64,000 nucleotides of DNA from Dehalococcoidia bacterium (lineage in GTDB: Bacteria; Chloroflexota; Dehalococcoidia; UBA2979). Shown in pieces: positions 60,481-64,000 of the stretch; the stretch's first letter is position 1, and every line of letters begins with the position of its first letter. The translations under genes and the position numbers were made by a program. Where the stretch lies: NCBI GenBank assembly GCA_041390625.1, contig JAWKPM010000005.1:128178-192177 (forward strand). The letters are read 5' to 3'. The notes beneath the pieces are model-generated. The model was not told the origin of the DNA. It ran no database searches and saw only the letters and a program-made list of their open reading frames with translations.

Positions 60481-61320
60481 CTACGACCTCGATGCGGCGA
60501 GCTGCTCGGCGAGCTGAGCCATGTGCTCGGCGTCGTGGAACTTCGGCTGGCGCTTCTCGCCGAAGGCGCGCACGGCCTCGCGCGCCTCGACCGACTGCAG
60601 CGAGGCCGAGAAGCGCTCGGCCGAGCGCTTCTGGATGACGTTGAAGTCGTGCTCGAGCAGGTCCTTCCAGACGAGCTCCTTGATCTGGCGCAGGGACGAC
60701 TGCGGCTTCTCGGCGATCTCCTGGGCCAGCGTGATCGCCTCGGGCAGCAACTCATCTGGCTCGACGACGCGACGGACGAGGCCGAAGTCCTGGGCCTCGG
60801 CGGCGGTATAGATGCGGCCGGTCAGGAACATCTCCTTGGCGCGGTGGAGGCCGACGATCTTCGGCAGGAGCCACGTGCTGTGGATCTCCGGCGTGAGGCC
60901 CAGCGCCGCGAAGCGGGCCGAGAAGCGTGCCTCGGTCGAGGCGATGAGCACATCGAAGTTCAGCGGCCCGGTGAAGCCCATCCCGATCGCGAAGCCGTTG
61001 ATGGCGCCGATGATCGGCTTGCACTCCGCGAGGAAGTGCGGGTCGAAGGCATGCCTCGAGGCCGGGCGCTCCGGCGCGGGCGCCGACTCGCCGGACTGGC
61101 GTCGCGCGAAGCCGCCCATGTCGGCGCCCGAGGAGTAGGCGCGGCCGCGGCCCGTGCTGACGATGGCACCGACCTCGGGGTCGGCGTTGGCGGCCTCGAG
61201 GGCCTCGACCCACTCTCGAGTCATCGTGGTGCTGAAGGAGTTCAGCTGCTCGGGGCGGTTGAATGCGATCACCTCGACGCGTCCGTGTCGCTCGACCTCG
61301 ATCGCCTCGTATTGCGTCAT
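60481..61320 (-). CDS. enoyl-CoA hydratase/isomerase (crotonase) family protein
   Basis: Start set at MTQYEAIEVERHGRVEVIAFNRPEQLN (279 aa). Crotonase fold. Confidence 0.8.
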   Translation of the reverse strand: MTQYEAIEVERHGRVEVIAFNRPEQLNSFSTTMTREWVEALEAANADPEVGAIVSTGRGRAYSSGADMGGFARRQSGESAPAPERPASRHAFDPHFLAECKPIIGAINGFAIGMGFTGPLNFDVLIASTEARFSARFAALGLTPEIHSTWLLPKIVGLHRAKEMFLTGRIYTAAEAQDFGLVRRVVEPDELLPEAITLAQEIAEKPQSSLRQIKELVWKDLLEHDFNVIQKRSAERFSASLQSVEAREAVRAFGEKRQPKFHDAEHMAQLAEQLAASRS

Positions 61321-61527
61321 CCCCGGCCATCCTTCCGCGCGAGCACGCTCATCGAGGCCCGCGCGGCGCGAGTATAACGCCGCGCCCCGAGGCGCGAGTT
61401 CCTTCCGAGCCAATACGGGTGGTGTAGAATCCGGCCGCTTGCGCGCCTCGTCTCCGATTCGAAGGAGGTTCGCGCGGGCCTCGATGTGCGTATGGGCCTC
61501 GAAGCAGGCATGTGAAGGGGGTGTCGA

Positions 61528-62478
61528 TTGGGAGCACTCGACGGACGGTCGGTCGTGGTGACCGGCGGCGGGCGGGGCATCGGACGGGCGATCGCGCTGC
61601 TGGCAGCGGCCGAGGGCGCCTCGGTGGTCGTGGCGGACACGGGCGCCGAGGCTGACGGCACGGGCGCGAACCCGGCCATCGCCGACGCGGTGGTAGAGCA
61701 GATCAAAGCCTCCGGCGGCAATGCCGTCGCGACGCACTCTGACGTCTCCCTCCTCGAGGGTGGGGAAGAGCCGATCAAAGCGGCGCTTGAGGCCTTCGGG
61801 AAGATCGACGGGTTGGTGAACGCGGCCGGCATTCGACGCGACACGCCGATCTGGGAAATGACTGAAGAGGACTGGGACGTCGTCATTCGCGGGAACGTGA
61901 AGGCGCAGTTCGTCCCGAGCAAGTTCGCCTCGATTGCGATGCGGCAGAACCGCTACGGGCGCATCGTGAGCCTGATCAACGACGCGGGCCTCGGTGCCGT
62001 GGGCGCCTCGAACTTCGCCGCGGCGGGCGAGGGCGCGCTGGGCTTCAACCGCACGCTCGCTCGCGACCTCGGGCGGTACGGGGTGACGGCGAACGCGATC
62101 TCACCGCTGGCGCGGACGCGCATGTTCGGTGGGTACTCGGAGGACCTGCGGCCGCCGGCGGGCGTGCTGAGCGCGAACGACGTGGCGCGTATCGGCCGGC
62201 CAACGCCCATGTTCCAGTGGGAGGACACCGGGCACCCGGACGACCCGGAGAGCGTGGCACCGCTGGCGGTGTACCTGCTGTCCGAGGGCGCGGGCGACAT
62301 CAACGGCCAGTGCTTCGGCGTGCGAGGCGGGGACATCTACCTGTACTCGAACCCGACCATCGACCGGCAGATCCTCTCCTACGGCCGTCGCTTCACGATG
62401 GACGAGATGGACGAGCAGATGCCCCGCACGCTGGCGCTCGGGGTGCCGAGCCCGGTGGAGGCCGCACACCACCACTAG
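61528..62478 (+). CDS. SDR family oxidoreductase
   Basis: 316 aa. TGGGRGIGRAIA cofactor motif. Extended C-terminus. Confidence 0.8.
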   Translation: MGALDGRSVVVTGGGRGIGRAIALLAAAEGASVVVADTGAEADGTGANPAIADAVVEQIKASGGNAVATHSDVSLLEGGEEPIKAALEAFGKIDGLVNAAGIRRDTPIWEMTEEDWDVVIRGNVKAQFVPSKFASIAMRQNRYGRIVSLINDAGLGAVGASNFAAAGEGALGFNRTLARDLGRYGVTANAISPLARTRMFGGYSEDLRPPAGVLSANDVARIGRPTPMFQWEDTGHPDDPESVAPLAVYLLSEGAGDINGQCFGVRGGDIYLYSNPTIDRQILSYGRRFTMDEMDEQMPRTLALGVPSPVEAAHHH

Positions 62479-62518
62479 TCGCGAGCCTCAACCGCTTCAA
62501 GCAGAAGGAGATCGAGCA

Positions 62519-63481
62519 ATGGGCAACCGTCTGGAAGGACGCGTGGCGCTGATCACGGGCTCGGGTCGCGGCATCGGCCGCGGCATCGCGCAGCTGATGG
62601 CCGAAGAAGGCGCCGCCGTCATCGTGAACGACTTCGGTGGGAACCTCGACGGGTCGGGCGGCGAGCAGACGCCCGCGCAGGAAGTCGTCGACGGCATCAA
62701 GGCCGCCGGCGGCCGGGCGAGCGCGAACTACGGCGACGTGTCGAAGTTCGAGGACGCACGGGCGATGGTGCAGCAGGCCGTGGACGAGTACGGGCGCCTC
62801 GACATCCTGTGTCACGTGGCAGGCATCCTGCGCGACCGCATGGTGTTCAACATGACCGAGGAGGAGTGGGACGCCGTGCTGGCGGTCCACCTCAAGGGCG
62901 CGTTCAACACGGTGCGGCACGCCGTGGAGCCGATGATCCGGCAGCGCTACGGGCGCATCCTGGTGTTCTCCTCGGGGTCGGGCCTCGGCTCGTCCGGGCA
63001 GGCGAACTACAGCGCAGCCAAGGAGGGCATGGTCGGCTTCGCGCGCTCGCTGGCGCGTGAGCTGGGGCCGTACGGCATCGCGGTGAACGCCATCTACCCC
63101 GGTGGCGCGACGCGCATGACGGCCTCGGTGCCGTCGGCGTCCCGCGAGCTGCGGGCCCGCGCCGGGATCACGAGCGGTGGCGCGCCGCGTGCGCCGCAGC
63201 AGAACTTCTCGGATATCGATGCCGCGATCGGGACGCCTCGAGACCCGGGCAACAACGCACCGCCGGTGACGTGGCTGTGCTCGGAGGCCGGCGGGGTGAT
63301 CTCCGGCCAGGTGATCGGGACGTCGGGCTGGCAGGCGTCGCGCTACTCGCCTCGACAGGCGATCCGGAGCATCTCGTCGCCTCGACGCTGGTCGGTCGAG
63401 GACCTCCAGGACGTGGTGCCGAACCAGCTGACCGTGGGGGTGAACAACCCCGCGCCGATGGTGCAGCCCAAGGAGAGTTAG
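62519..63481 (+). CDS. SDR family oxidoreductase
   Basis: 320 aa. TGSGRGIGRGIA. YxxxK (YSAAK). Paralogous to upstream SDR. SD AGGAG before ATG. Confidence 0.8.
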   Translation: MGNRLEGRVALITGSGRGIGRGIAQLMAEEGAAVIVNDFGGNLDGSGGEQTPAQEVVDGIKAAGGRASANYGDVSKFEDARAMVQQAVDEYGRLDILCHVAGILRDRMVFNMTEEEWDAVLAVHLKGAFNTVRHAVEPMIRQRYGRILVFSSGSGLGSSGQANYSAAKEGMVGFARSLARELGPYGIAVNAIYPGGATRMTASVPSASRELRARAGITSGGAPRAPQQNFSDIDAAIGTPRDPGNNAPPVTWLCSEAGGVISGQVIGTSGWQASRYSPRQAIRSISSPRRWSVEDLQDVVPNQLTVGVNNPAPMVQPKES

Positions 63482-63623
63482 CGACCGGCCTCGATGGTGG
63501 ATTCGCGACGGGGCCGCTCGATGGGCCGCCCCGTTTCGATCTCTCTTGCGTGTCGGTTCGGTGGCTCGCCGGACCGGTCGTCCGCTCCAGGTGGCGCGAT
63601 TGAGCCGCGGTAGACTGCGCCAC

Positions 63624-63986
63624 ATGGATGCGGGCGATCTCGAGCGGCTGCGGGCGCTGTGCCTCGATCTGCCGGGCGCCTCGGAGCGATTGAGCCACGG
63701 CGAGCCGACGTGGTTCGCCGGCAAGCGCGTGTTCGTGATGCTCTCCGATCACCATCACGACGAGCGCGTGGCGTTCTGGTGCGCGGCGCCGCCGGGCGCG
63801 CAGGAGGCGCTGATCGAGGAGGCGCCGGAGCGCTTCTTCCGCCCGCCGTACGTGGGACATCGAGGGTGGGTGGGCGTCTACCTCGATGTAGACGTCGACT
63901 GGGACGAGGCCGCCGACCTCATCGAGGAGTCGTACCGCCTCGTGGCGACGAAGCGGCTGCTGGCGGAACTCGACGCGCGAGCGTGA
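63624..63986 (+). CDS. MmcQ/YjbR family DNA-binding protein
   Basis: Start set at MDAGDLERLRALCLDLPGA. PYVGHRGWVGVYLDVDVDWDE...ESYRLVATKR is the YjbR signature. Confidence 0.6.
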   Translation: MDAGDLERLRALCLDLPGASERLSHGEPTWFAGKRVFVMLSDHHHDERVAFWCAAPPGAQEALIEEAPERFFRPPYVGHRGWVGVYLDVDVDWDEAADLIEESYRLVATKRLLAELDARA

Positions 63987-64000
63987 CGACCGCGGCCGAA

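Overview
This 64-kb window comes from a roughly 70% GC chromosome of actinobacterial type. Gene content points that way (LLM and PNPOx-type enzymes, CsoR, Lhr, a Lys/Ala-rich Hlp-like protein, Tat and lipobox signals), but the taxon cannot be fixed from sequence alone. I found no rRNA, tRNA, CRISPR array, transposase or integrase. Coding density is high and nearly all intergenic gaps are under 400 bp.

Gene content in order:
- **Sugar node (0.2-9.3 kb):** LLM oxidoreductase, CPA/RCK antiporter, dual-specificity phosphatase, otsA, ROK kinase, DAGK-like lipid kinase, GH15 hydrolase.
- **Pentose-phosphate/glycolysis operon (9.3-17.6 kb, minus strand):** tkt-rpiB-tal-pgi-gnd-zwf-pgl, with GH15 likely co-transcribed and no opcA.
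- **Small accessory enzymes (17.8-33.5 kb):** methyltransferases, an APH-like kinase, GNATs, hydrolases, a CDF transporter, an MpaB-like oxygenase, SRPBCC proteins, two lipoproteins, an acyl-CoA dehydrogenase and a Tat-signal intradiol dioxygenase.
- **Repair and stress (33.6-43.1 kb):** Lhr helicase (1442 aa) followed by a SAM methyltransferase, then an ArsR/AHSA1/DUF4242/VOC/SRPBCC cluster and a LysE exporter gene interrupted by a single in-frame TAG.
- **Transport and copper (43.7-55.7 kb):** acyl-CoA dehydrogenase, an ABC-2 exporter pair, an acidic single-TM protein, an MFS transporter and a Zn-ribbon/PQQ-propeller protein. The copper operon copZ-like/csoR/copA sits behind a textbook CsoR operator, followed by a further MFS transporter.
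- **Lipid-type cluster (55.7-64 kb):** a Lys/Ala-rich histone-H1-like protein, a hotdog dehydratase pair (HadA/HadB-like), an MFS transporter with an Asn/Gly-rich N-terminal extension, a DinB-like protein, an esterase, a crotonase, two SDRs and a YjbR-family protein.

Most notable observations:
- The octamer CCTCGATG is hugely over-represented and strand-biased. I counted about 79 copies on the + strand against roughly 15-20 of its reverse complement, with about 1 expected from base composition. It also recurs in intergenic regions and appears to impose rare GAT Asp codons and many Ser-Met (TCG-ATG) dipeptides. This suggests a Chi/KOPS/USS-like genome-wide orientated motif.
- The pentose-phosphate operon arrangement is unusual and appears to include a GH15 hydrolase.
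- A 17-bp AT-rich direct repeat (x2, 51-bp period) occurs at 22.07-22.14 kb.
- A LysE gene carries an amber stop.
- The copper chaperone carries an extra Cys-rich C-terminal domain behind a canonical CsoR box.
- C-rich CCCACCCGCCC-type elements sit just downstream of three + strand genes.
- A 47-aa membrane sORF has a strong Shine-Dalgarno sequence.
- Several repeat-containing or low-complexity proteins are present.
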